A stretch of DNA of 62,278 nucleotides, filler included, from Hausera hauseri (lineage: Eukaryota), in the NCBI GenBank assembly GCA_046269625.1. It is 12 parts of 12 records of this genome, joined end to end, with 100 filler letters (N's around TTAATTAATTAA, not from the genome) between each part and the next. Parts side by side here need not be neighbours in the genome. Positions count along the whole stretch, not along the records: positions 50,820 to 54,893 come from JBJURY010779537.1; positions 54,994 to 62,278 come from JBJURY010024897.1; 10 more parts are not named here. One strand, given 5' to 3'. Made by a program: the position numbers and the translations under genes. Under the pieces are notes generated by a model. The model was not told the DNA's origin and searched no databases. It was given only the letters and a program-made list of their open reading frames with translations. This document shows, piece by piece, positions 50,820 through 62,278 of the stretch. Each line of letters starts with the position of its first letter. Within the stretch, counting starts at the first letter, position 1.

Positions 50820-52935
50820 GCGCGCTGGCGGTCTATTATTTCCTCAAGTCAACTTTTCTTCATTACAGTGATTGCGCTTGTTTTAGTCTTTAATCTTGAT
50901 AGGGCATCTGCGTCTACATGTTTGTTCCCTGGCTTATACTAAAATTCAGTATTGTATCTTGACATTTCCTCGATCCATCTATTGAGTCTGCTTGTCGGGT
51001 TATTTGCTCGGCCTTTTAAGGTCGTAACGGCCTTGTGATCAGTGACAATTATAATTTCCTGCCAGTATACGTAAACGTTGAAATGTCGAAGTGCTTCTTT
51101 TACAGCTAGCGTTTCCAATTCGGTAACGGAAAAATTTTTCTAGGCCTTCTTTAAGGAACGTCCTCTATAAGCAATCTGATGTTCTAACTCTTCATCTTCT
51201 CTTTTCTGCACTAATTTGTATCCAATGCCTTCTTTACTGACGTCTGTCTTGATTATGAAGGGTAAGTTAAAGTTTGGATACCGTAAAACAGCTTCACTTG
51301 TTAATATCTTCTTCATCTAGTCGAAGGCTTTCTGTTCGATATCTGTACATTTCCGTTTAATTCCTTTTTAAGTAGGCGGTATAGAAGTGCATGAATTTTT
51401 GAATTATCTGGTACATAGGTTGCGTAATATCCGCAGAGTCCTAGCCAGTGCCTCAACTCTTTCTGGTTTTGTGGTTCAATGCAATCTGATATTTTGTTTA
51501 ATAACGATTTATCTTGTTTCAATCCTCCTTCTCCAACTATATGGGTAAGGTAGGATACTGAGTTTTGAGCCCATTTGCATTTCTTTCGATTTAGCTTCAA
51601 TTCAGCTTGTTCTAATCTCATCAATGTGTGTTCAATATCCTTTAAGTGTTCCTCTTCAGTTCTTGATGCTATCATTAGGTCATCTAAGCACGCAAAAGCA
51701 TGATCCAATCCCATTAACATTTTGTTCATCATTCTCTTAAATATGGTTGGCCCGGTAGTAGTACCGAATGACATGACGTTAAACTTATAAACACCATCGC
51801 GTGTTTTGAATGCTGTCTTATAACGGTCTTAGTCCTCAATTACCACTTGCCAATATCCGGATTGTAAATCCAGGGTGGTAAACCATTTTGCTCGTGAGAG
51901 CCTGTCTAAGGCCTCTTTTCCTGACGGTAATGGAAAGGAGTCCTTCATCGTAAGATTATTTAAGGCTCTGTAATCAACACAAAATCTATGTTTTGTGGTA
52001 CCTTTCGTCTTAACCATGAGGATTGGTGAATACCAAGATCTATAACTGGGCCTAATTATATCGGCCTTGAGCATTCGTTCGACTTCTTTTGTTATCTCGG
52101 GCCTTAATGAATGTGGCGGAGGATACCATTTTGGCATCTTCTGGTCTTCCAAATCTATTTCCTTGTTCGATTCCGGCTTTTTTTGAGTGGAATAGTCAGT
52201 TTTAACGCTCTCGCTCTACCAATATCTTCGTCCTTAGCAATAATCGATTTATATCGGCATAATCGTTCATAGAATTGACAATAAGACTAAGGTGAAAACT
52301 TAGTCTGTGCATTATTAGCTATTCTGATAGGCACTCGACAGGAGTATACTCTTGTTAATATACTGCTGAGTAATATATTCGGATCCAGCGTATCCTTTGG
52401 TTAAAAATATACCGGTTAATCGTCATCTTTCTGTATCTAGGGCGCAAATTATCATTTCTGTTCTCGGTGGGATGTCTTCATCTACGGGTATCCATGCCTC
52501 TCCAATTTTTCTTTCTTTGGCGTTTTTATGCCTTTCTTCGGCTTGATTTTTATTAACTTCCATGCTTGTAAGTCAATTGCTATATTTGGTAATCTTTTCA
52601 ATAGATCACATCCTAGAACTACGTCGTCGGTTAATTGCTCCATAACTGAAAATTCATGATGGAAAAACTGTCCAACTATTTGAACTTTGGGTTCCATTTA
52701 AACATTGGTTTTGACATTTAGCCAAATTCCCCTGTACTTTCTGAATCTTTCGTATATAGTGGGTATAATTGTCCTCTCAGTGTTTGAGTTATTGAATCAT
52801 TTTTGATGTAAGACATCTCGGATCCTGTATCGATTAAGGCGTAAACTTCCCAATCTTCAATAATGATTTTGGCGAAGGGTCTTCCTTCTATTACTGTTCC
52901 GAAACAGTTCGATGTACCCTTTGAGCGTTTCACTG
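50820..52935 (-). pseudogene. pol: Ty3/Gypsy pol: aspartic protease, RT, RNase H (integrase beyond contig end)
   Basis: PR RPFAKIIIEDWEVYALIDTGSEMSYI and VVLGCDLL. RT HRFCVDYRALN, DSFPLP, FTTLDLQSGYWQV, KTAFKT, ACLDD. RH YPNFNLPFIIKTDVS, ELETLAV, TDHKA, HVDADALSR. Confidence 0.93.
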
Positions 52936-53451
52936 CCGATATTTTATGTCCATTGATTAGGATTTCGGGGGAGGATACTATATTCTCCTACAACTGTCTT
53001 CATTTTTCGTTTGGATATAACATGTTGTTTTCTATGTGCAATTCTGCCGTTTCGTGTGTACTAACTAATGGTTTTCGATTGTTAGTGTGTAGTTCAGTAT
53101 TCTGGAAGGTTTTAGCCCTTGGATTGTCCCAAACCGTTTATCTGATTTCTATATTTCGAGGTTCTCTCGGAGAATACAACATCTTGGAATCATCTGTGGA
53201 TTGTCGGTAACACATTTTCCGTGGGATTCCATAAGGTTTTGTTCCTTCATAAGGGTCTTCTACGTTAAATTTGTTTTTTTATAGATTTCAGTCTGATATG
53301 AACTCATTGATAATTTGTCACAGTCTTTATAGACCGGAGCGGTAGGGGGTAGCATATGCAATGGTGCTTTAATGACAGAGTACGTCTAATGTCTGTTTAT
53401 TCCTGATAATACTTCTCTTCCCTTAGGTTCGTCATCATCTGAATTATTTCT

Positions 53452-54893
53452 TTACGTATTAGACTTTGTAAATTTCCGCTTCCGCAAGAATATAGACCTT
53501 CCTGTTCGTTTACGATTATAATAACCGACATGACGCTCTACGTCAGATTTCCATCTGTTTTCTTTGTATGTCTTTAAGAATTTTACAAAGGGCGTTATGA
53601 TCGTCGTCAATATTTTACAGAAAAATCCAGTCAATGTAAATATTTCGTACCCATTTATTACTGCTTGGATGACTGCTTTAATCATTTGTATCAGGAAGTA
53701 TATGGCTAAAAATCCGGATGCGGCTTGTCCGAAAATTAAAAATCTTCTCCAAATTTTGTAGAGTATATCTGTGGTTACTCGCTGATAATGATTTACGCCA
53801 AGTAAAGATTCCAATTTAGCCTGATATCGTGTATCATCTACTACAGAAGCCATGGCTCGGTTTAATTCGTGTGTTCATTGTCGCGGAAAAGCGAGGAATT
53901 TTCTAAAGACTTCGATTTCCTTGGGCCTGTATATGCCTTTCGACGAGATGTCTTGAAATATATCGTCCATAATTCCTTTCGCAAGGTTTGTTCCTGTTAA
54001 TTTAGTTGGGCAGCAGTGATACCTCCATTTGGCAAACTAACTCAGTCTGTTTCACTGCATCTAAACATTGGTTCTCCTAAACTTGCCTTACAATTTTTAA
54101 GGATTGTTGTTTGGGTCGCGTTATCTAGTAATACTCTCGTCAGTGGTATAGCTAACCTAGGAGTATTCTGATAGATAACAGGGAGTTCTTGGATGCAACG
54201 TTTTTCTTCCACGTTCATGGGTACATCTCTCTTTTCGCATTCATAAGTTAACAGTATTTTGCCCATAACCCGACCGAAAATTCCCTCTCTCATAGGAATT
54301 ATTGGAGAAGCCCGTTCTGGGTTGGCGTATATAAGGGCCAACTTCATCCTCATGATCTCGGTATCCAATTTGCAGTCGCTAGTTATTATTTTGTGATATA
54401 ATTCAGCTATTCCGACGTACCCTTTGTAGTAGAAATAATCGTCTCTGTTTTTCAGATAATCCTCAATTCGGATATCCTGCGTTTCTAGTTTGTAAGTCTT
54501 TGCATTTATTTCTGCTTCTGCGACGAAAAACGCCTCATAGTTAGTAGCAAACATCACTACTTCACAACGAGAAATCATTTCTTTCTTAATAAATTTTAGT
54601 CTATGCTTATCAGAGATTAATATAGTGGGCGTAGGATGTTATGATACGTCTTCGCGTGTCCTTGAGTTGGTATCAGATTTATCCGCATATCGCTTTCCGG
54701 TAGTTTCATGAAACTTTAATTACTTAATTTTGATAAAATTACAGCTTCTTCCAGAGGGAGGTTCCCATATTATAACAGAACTTCTAAAAGCACAGGTTCC
54801 ATCTTGAAAATGACATTTTTGATTCTCGGTATATAGTTTAGTGACACTATGGAACATTACTTTCTGTGCTCGCATCTCTGATTCATAGAAATC
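53452..54893 (-). pseudogene. Chuvirus/gB-like (class III) envelope glycoprotein, copy 2; N-terminus cut by contig end
   Basis: Cys pattern CHFQDGTC...IIWEPP...CNF, CEVVMFATN, GRVMGKILLTYEC, CIQELPVIY, PLTRVL, GIYRPKEIEVFRKFLAFPRQ. Membrane-proximal IWRRFLIFGQAASGFLAIYFLIQMIKAVIQAVINGYEI matches the recalled chuvirus G pattern W.KF..FG..SAG......IK..I...I.GY. Confidence 0.78.
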
Positions 54894-57138
54894 NNNNNNN
54901 NNNNNNNNNNNNNNNNNNNNNNNNNNNNNNNNNNNNNTTAATTAATTAANNNNNNNNNNNNNNNNNNNNNNNNNNNNNNNNNNNNNNNNNNNNACTTATA
55001 TTCCACCCCGTATTTTTACCATATCATATTTATCATTTACATTTTGGTAATAAATCGTTTTCATTCGCGATATCGTAAAGTACAAGAATATTCTGGGTAT
55101 GTTCCTAGAGTATGCTTTATTAGATGAAATTCTTCGTCTGACATTCGAAATCTCCTTCAACATTAAAAGTTTTCCAAAGGCGTTACAAAAAATTATCATC
55201 AATAAAATATTATTTCCTTTCGCAGAATTGTCCTACTTCAAAAACGTTGAATGATATCGATGGAAAGTAATGGGAAAAAATAAAACGGCTAATAGAAAAA
55301 AGCGAGATTATTGCGAAAAATATTATCAAGCATTCATAGAATTACACCAAAATGACAAGAACTACATTCAGCACCGCACAATGTCCCGTTCGACGACAAT
55401 TTTCTATAGATTTTCTCCCATTTTAGATGAATAAAAGTGCAAACTTCGTTCGTACAAAAATGAATCGGCTCAAAATAAATTCAATTCCTGTAAAAATTAG
55501 TGAGTGTTATATCTCAAAATTTGGCGAATGATCAAAATATTCAATATTGATCGATCTGAAATATCTCAAATTAAAATAAACAAACATAGAAATTGATCCT
55601 CGCCAAATGTTGATTTACTGAAATTAAAATAAATAACAGTGAAAAAACAACTACCTTGGCAAATGATCTTGACAATTCTGAATTGCTATAATTGATTTGG
55701 TGATATTATGTGACAATTTTGAATGGCTATGTACATAATTTTTATTGACTAAGTAATGCTATGTATACTGTAAATTTAATATATAAGCCAGCACATTTTA
55801 CGGTAAAATCGAACATTCGAACACTAAAATATCATGACATTGGTATTGTTTTTAAATTTACATGTGAGTACTTATTGATACACATTATGTGTATTTTGTT
55901 TCATCGAATATTTGGCGTTTAAATGTTTTTACATTATAACTTTTGTATATAATCGTATTTGTGTTCTTTTTGGCCTTAAAAATTAACTGAGTAAATAAAC
56001 AAGCGTATTCATTAAAAATAGTCGAAAAGATCCCTACCTGACGATGGCTCAAATAATACAAATAGTTTAATAGGATAGTAAAGCATAGAAATTAAAGACA
56101 AAGTAAATCACATTGACCACGACACATGATCAGCTTCCTAAATAGGTAAGGTTCTTAACATATCTCTCTCGCTCTCGTTCTTATTTTATCTCTATTAGCA
56201 TGACTCACTGTGTTTTATAAAACTAAATGTTTGTTAATTGTAGTAACAGGACGTTAGCCAATCAAGAAGGAAAGTGGATTTCAATTTCCGAAGTTTATAA
56301 GAAGAATAGCTAAACAAGTTGAGGCATCCCTGCGAACTGTACTAAAAGTAAGATCAGTTCGTCCGAAAGGCCCAATCAACAAACGTCTGGAGAAAAGTGT
56401 TATACAATTTATTCAAAGTCATCCTACAGCATCCATACGGGACAGCAAAAAAGAAACAGGTATCTTAAAGAAAGAAATAATTTCAAAACGTATAAAAAAC
56501 AAAAGTATCAAAAAAGAACTCAGGAGCAGAGCCAGACTGCAGCTAACATAATTCATTTGATAGTCTTTATTACGCTTCCAAATTCATTTTATCTGACAGT
56601 AAATTTGTTTCATTTTTCATTTGTGGGGATAATTCAATTTCATTTTTGTTGACAATTTTACACCGCAAAGACAAGTCTATATAAACATAGGATTTTTAAG
56701 GACACCGACCATTATTTTTTTGTTATAAAACTCTATGCTACGTCCTATCGATAAGTAAGTATATAGTATAAATAAAGTTTGAACCAAAGTAATTTTCCTA
56801 ACCAGGACCCTTTTTGTTATCCCGGTCAGTAAAAACCGGGTGTTTAAAATCCTATAAATAAAGTACTATTCGGCCAGAGTCCCTCCTGCGTCCAAGTACA
56901 CCATAAGATCAAGTAATTTCTACCAACTAACAGGTTGCCACACGTAAAACTAAAATAAACTAGGCGTATGATCCAAAGGAATCACGTTTAAGTTTGAGGT
57001 CGGGACACCCAAACTTCATCTCTAATCTCAAACTCAACAAGAAAAATAAGCCAATATTGTTCGAGAAAAATCAAATATAAATAAAATACTAAGTCTCTTA
57101 CAATAATTTTGAAACAAATTCTAGATCATTTTGAAATT

Positions 57139-58047
57139 ATGAAAAAAATAAAATTAGGTTTGATTTCTGATGTTCAATACTGTGACTGTGATGATGGCTG
57201 GAATTTTGAACAGACTGTCGAACGATTCTACCGAAACAGTGCCCAACATTTAGCCAATGGCTTACGCTATTTTGCGGAGAATAATTGTCGATATGCTTTA
57301 CACGCAGGTGATTTGTTGGACAGAAAATGTACAGCATTTAATAATGTAAGATGCGCAACATCCCACATGGAGAATTTGTTTAATCAGTGCGATATTGAAA
57401 CATTTCATGTTGTAGGAAACCACGAACTATATAATTTCAGCCGACAAGAGTACAGTTCGTCATTTATGGGTCAATCTGCTCGACAATACAATCCATCGGT
57501 GATTGAGCGCAGTTACTATGCTGTGGATTTGTCAAATTATGTGCGGTTACTGGTGTTAGATACGTATGATATCAGTGTCCTTAATGGTGATAATGATCAG
57601 CAACATGAGGCTGGACAATTTATTTCATCATCCTGCAACACAGATGGGAAACATTTCAGGGATTTCAATGGTGGAATTGGAGTTACTCAACTGAAATGGT
57701 TGTGTAATGAATTAGAATTATGCAATGAACAGAACAAGGTGGTCATTATATCAGGACATGTACCCATATTGAGTATGGATGAGGATTGCATCAGCCTGTT
57801 GTGGAATAAGGATGTTATATTGGATATTATTGAACATTACTCATGTGTAAAGGTCTACATTTGTGGTCATACCCATGTTGGTGAGATAATCAATAATGGT
57901 AAGTTCATTCATTTAACATTGCCTGGTGTTGTTGAATCACCAAAAGACGCAACGCCATATTGCATATTGACAGTCGACAGAAATGAATTGGAAATTAGTG
58001 AGATATCAAATTGCTGGGATAAAATTGTGTTTCGATTTTCGATTTAA
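57139..58047 (+). CDS. ADPRM: Mn2+-dependent ADP-ribose/CDP-alcohol diphosphatase
   Basis: Intact intronless ORF with GLISDVQYCDCDDG, R.YRNS, GDLLD, GNHELYNF, LDTYDIS, FNGGIG..QL.W, HVP, LLWN, GHTH and LPGVVE. Confidence 0.9.
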   Translation: MKKIKLGLISDVQYCDCDDGWNFEQTVERFYRNSAQHLANGLRYFAENNCRYALHAGDLLDRKCTAFNNVRCATSHMENLFNQCDIETFHVVGNHELYNFSRQEYSSSFMGQSARQYNPSVIERSYYAVDLSNYVRLLVLDTYDISVLNGDNDQQHEAGQFISSSCNTDGKHFRDFNGGIGVTQLKWLCNELELCNEQNKVVIISGHVPILSMDEDCISLLWNKDVILDIIEHYSCVKVYICGHTHVGEIINNGKFIHLTLPGVVESPKDATPYCILTVDRNELEISEISNCWDKIVFRFSI

Positions 58048-59989
58048 ATAAATGTTTTATTAATTTTATTTTGATTTTACTTTATTCAATAGTATGTCAA
58101 TGTCCATTACTTGAATACATGAATAATCTACATCCTAGTATTAAATTTACGTGCGAATGTGAGAAAAGAACTTCATTCCCTTTCTGGATATTTGAGTGAA
58201 TCGAGTTTAACGCCAAGTCACTTTTATCAACATTCAAAAAAGCAGTAAAAGTATAAATAGTCCTTACTGATTGAGGGCAGAATTGCTGTTGCACAGCGGC
58301 TGTGGTAGGGCTAAACAAATTAAAATAAATTGAGGAATTTGTAATTTTATTTAAATATTTAAATAAAAAGGAATTCGGTGCTTATTTTGGTCTATATCAG
58401 GGATATAACATTACTTCAGGAAAACGGTTATAACAGTAACTATATATCCAAGATTACCAAGGAAATTATCAACGTTATTATCAAAGAAGACACTAAGGTC
58501 GGCGCAAAAGAAAGCAATGCATCACCTACCGAAAAACGATACAAAATAAAATCTGAACCTCAAAAACCCGTCATTCTTTTAGACAATTTAAATACGCCCT
58601 CAAAAAAGCCACTTGCAGATTTCAAGCAATCAAGTTCATTTCGAGATCCGTTTGAAACATAAACGGAAATAAGGAAACAGTAATAATTTTGCACATTTTT
58701 CTAAATGTAAATCAGAAATTAAAACAACAGATTTTAAAATGTCAGAGAAACCGCAGAATTCTACACGGAACGACACACAGATAAGTAATGTTATTAAGGA
58801 TTTGAAATTGACATCTTTTGGAAATATACTTAAGAAATTTCATTTTGCTTTTTATTGGTTTCTGAATTTTTTTGCGTTTGTGATCATTTAGCAATTATGA
58901 CAATGTATTGTCTGAGTTACGTAAGAAACTTATAATCAATTCCAGCGGTTTAATTTAGGAATTTAGCTATATATTTCGGCACTTGTTCATTTTCCCCCGT
59001 TAATATGCAAATTGAAGCTTGAGATTTCTTCCTAGTTTCTTTTCCTTTATGAAAAATATTGTCGTTCATATTTCTGTCATATCTTGTCCATTGAAATGAC
59101 CGTCAACTGGTGTGCAGGGACAAACACTCTCCTATGAAGATTTTGACAGTAATCCTGTTCACTTTATGTAATGATAACCGAAACCGATTCGCCCTGTTGC
59201 CCATGCTTTGAGCTATACTCAACCACCAAGTTAAAATATAATGACAACTATGACAATATCACGAATCATAACATCAAATACGTATAGGTGGTTGCAATTG
59301 CTATTGACGAAATCAACATACACAAATTACCACTGATTTCTTTCTATATTTGTCGAGTTTCAATCAACACACAAACAACTCGTGCGTGTGCATGCAAAAT
59401 GCTAAGAATTTTGAATCACGACAATTATTGGCATTTATAACAAATTGGTATTTTTGTGTACATATATTTTGATGTTAAACGATATTTGATGTTTATTTTT
59501 TGAAAGATCAAAGGTGACAATTCACAGAAGCTGTTGCGGTATTTCATTGCATTCTATCTCGCCAAGTTCAGTAGCAATTTTCAGATCAGAGTCGATTTTC
59601 ATCATTGCTGTAAACCGGTGTCGGCAATTGCATAAAATCGTCCATTTTCCTATGATATCGAATTCTGTCCATTCTCGGTTATTATTAGTCGATAGCACGA
59701 TTATTGTAACATACTATAGCTATTCTGATGTTGAACGATTTACTTTTATCGAATAAATTTTAATTGGATACTTTAACTTTGGTCGTCACGTAATTTCATA
59801 TTTGAACTGTCGAACTCAGTCGTTCGTTCGGAATTTGATTGTACTAACTCACCACTAAAGGATAATTATGAGTTTTAACTTCTGCTTCCCTTGTTGGGTG
59901 TGTACAAGTTTATATTCGTGTTTTCGTGTATCACTTTACTTCACAGTTTATCGATTTTTTGGAATCGCTAATGATTGTGTGTGCTTGTG

Positions 59990-60907
59990 CCAACTGATTG
60001 GGATAATACTGCGTGTTCCATGTCGGCAATATGCCCAGCGTTCGTACTATTTAAAGACCTCTACTTTCCGATTTTAGCATGAAATCCTTCCGTTCAGCTT
60101 ATAAGCCAAGGTTGTCTGCAAAAAACATTTCCGATAGTCTGTCTTTTGCTCGTGCTCATGCTCAATGTTCAGACGATCAATGACGTAAGATTGTTTTCAG
60201 ATGAGGCAAGCGTGTCCAAATTTGGAAGTTATACCACTTTTGGTCGCTCCACCTAACTCCCACTATGAACCCCGATTCGTCATCCCCTCTGTCTAAAAGC
60301 CGTCCACAGTGATGATTTTGGGCTGCCTGGCTCCATCATGCGTTGTTGGTCTGTGGCTTACGCCTCCGCATACCAGTATCAATTCAATTCTTTATCTGGA
60401 CGTATAGAAGCAAAATCTTCCCATTTGGATGCCGCGACGGGGAGCAACGACTTTTATGCACGACGGTGCGCCGTGTTATTCTGCTAAGCTTGTGTGTGGC
60501 TGGTTTGATGACCAAGATTTCCATATTATTCCCAATTGGCCAGGCTCATCGCTCGACCTCAATGTCATTAAGCAAGTCTGGTCCAAGCTCAAAAAAGAGG
60601 ACACATCGAAAACCCTCTTCCGTAGCAGTGCTCCGAGCAGAAATCCAGGATGTATGGAATCACCTCATCACACTTGCTTTTTGCGCACGTTTGGTCCTTT
60701 CCATGCTTCATCGCATTCAGACTGTACTGCAAGCAAAAGGAGGCAATACAAAGTTCTGACAGTCAAGGGTTTGTGTATATGAGATAGAAATAAACTATAA
60801 CGATTTTCGTACTTTCCACGAAATTTTTGTAACAGTTTTTTAAATGATGTGACACGTTTATGAAACATGTACTGTTTGGCATTATCGAGGACTTTCGGCA
60901 GGGACTC
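59990..60907 (+). mobile_element. Tc1-like transposon remnant (DD35E spacing, E to K)
   Basis: LFSDEA, VMILGCL, HDGAPCY...WPGSSLDLNVIK, AKGGNTKF*. The right end reads GAGTCCCTGCCGAAAGT on the minus strand, next to TA. Confidence 0.85.
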
Positions 60908-60997
60908 TACACACTTGCTTGAATGTCAGTACTGTTGCAAACACTCAGTAGAAACAGGAACCCTGCCTCAATAATTAATTGCAATAGATACTATATA

Positions 60998-62278
60998 CAG
61001 TATTGGACAAAAGTCTGAGACCAAACATATAATCATAAACAAATACATTTCATAATGGATTTTCTCAGAAATATGATATTACTTGAATATCATATAGTTT
61101 GTATGGTATATAAATGTTCAATATACAGTATTTAATATTTTGAATGATGTCCTTTGTACTGAAGAACTGCAGAAATTCTTCGAGTCATGGAGTTAATTAG
61201 ATTCTCACAGTAGCCTTTTGAAATATTAGATGACCAAATTTTAATGATGTTGTCACATAAATGTTGATATGATGTTCACTGTAATGATGCAACATGTTGC
61301 TTGACAATATACCAACAACTTTCAATTTGGTTCAAATCGGGTGATGATCCTGGCCATGGGGAAAGAAGGTTAATGTTGCTGTTGGTAAGCCACTGTTTTA
61401 CAGATTTTGCATTATGGCATGGAGCGTCATCATGTTGAAAGTAAGTAGTGCCACTGGTTATTAACAAAGCAGGTAACTTATCTTTCAAAATATCTAAATA
61501 TTCCTCTGCATTGATAGTGGTGTTTTGATGAGTTAAGTAAATACCACCAGGATCATTAGCAGATATTGAGTCGCATATCATGACTGAAGGACATTGTTTG
61601 ACATCAGACTTAGTATGTTTGGAATTATATCGTTCATTAATAGGACGGTAAACACGGGAAACAGAAGGTGTAAATTATTTTATTTGTGTTTCGTCTGAAA
61701 ATAAAACGTTTCGCCAATCATTTTCAGTCCAATCTTTATATTTCTTACAGAATTTAAGGCAATCCTGAATGCTTTTCTTAGAGAGCATTGGTTTAACAAC
61801 TGTACGCCTTACCTTAAGTGCAAATTTTTGTGACAATCTTCTTCGAATTGTCTTACTACTGATAGAGACAGTTGAGGGTAGTTGATGTTTTATGGCCATA
61901 GATGATAGCATAGGTAATTTGGAGCAGATTCGATAAATAAGGGAGTCTGTGTGACATGAAGTACATGTTCACCGGACGGACCTTTTCATTGATTCCAACA
62001 ATCCAGTTTCCTTTATGCGAGTAAGTGTATTATAAACTGATGTTTTTGAGACTGCCAACCAAGCAGCAATAGCTATTTCAGTGTCCCTCTTCTTTCAAGA
62101 TAGTTATCTGAGATCTAATGGCAATGGACAATTCAGTCATTGAAAAGTCGTTACTAAAACATAAAAAGTATCACATCTCTAATGGCATACAGTCATCAAA
62201 AAGTCAAGCAATCCATATGTAAATGTTACACAAGACACTACATTAATTATCTTCTGATAGAACATTAATACCAGATAC
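60998..62278 (-). mobile_element. Tc1-like transposon (DD35E), decayed
   Basis: TA-CAGTATTGGACAAAAGT terminus. Motifs SSKTIRRRL, WTENDWRNVLFSDET, QHDDAPCH...WPGSSPDLNQIESCW, TKDIIQNI. Confidence 0.88.

Noticed and set aside
56300-56560. Possible Tc1 HTH remnant (IQFIQSHPTASIRD)
   Set aside because: No DDE motifs or convincing TIR pair.

Overview
AT-rich invertebrate (metazoan) genomic DNA. It is not one locus: 12 short contigs are joined by eleven artificial 100-bp spacers (N44-TTAATTAATTAA-N44), so adjacency across spacers means nothing. All protein calls come from motif recognition by eye. Apparent host genes are a 7-exon EDEM2-like mannosidase with several 41-53 nt introns, an intronless ADPRM metallophosphoesterase, and a divergent non-catalytic PGRP with a C-terminal transmembrane helix. 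Most of the rest is decayed mobile DNA: seven Tc1/mariner elements (irritans-like deletion derivative, DD37D maT, cecropia-like, another mariner, one Tc1, two DD35E Tc1-like), a conventional Ty3/Gypsy pol, and two Polinton/adintovirus-like fragments. Three observations stand out. (1) A Ty3/Gypsy lineage carries a chuvirus/gB-like class III fusion glycoprotein UPSTREAM of protease-RT-RNase H, seen in two diverged copies on independent contigs. (2) A ~4.1-kb PPT-LTR-PBS unit and a separate LTR-PBS-gag unit share an elongator tRNA-Met primer site; the gag runs into a long orphan coding region, and both may belong to the glycoprotein lineage (inference). (3) A chimeric pseudogene joins two piRNA-pathway genes (spindle-E/TDRD9 C-terminal half and a Piwi fragment) and is bracketed by GC-rich blocks and tandem repeats.
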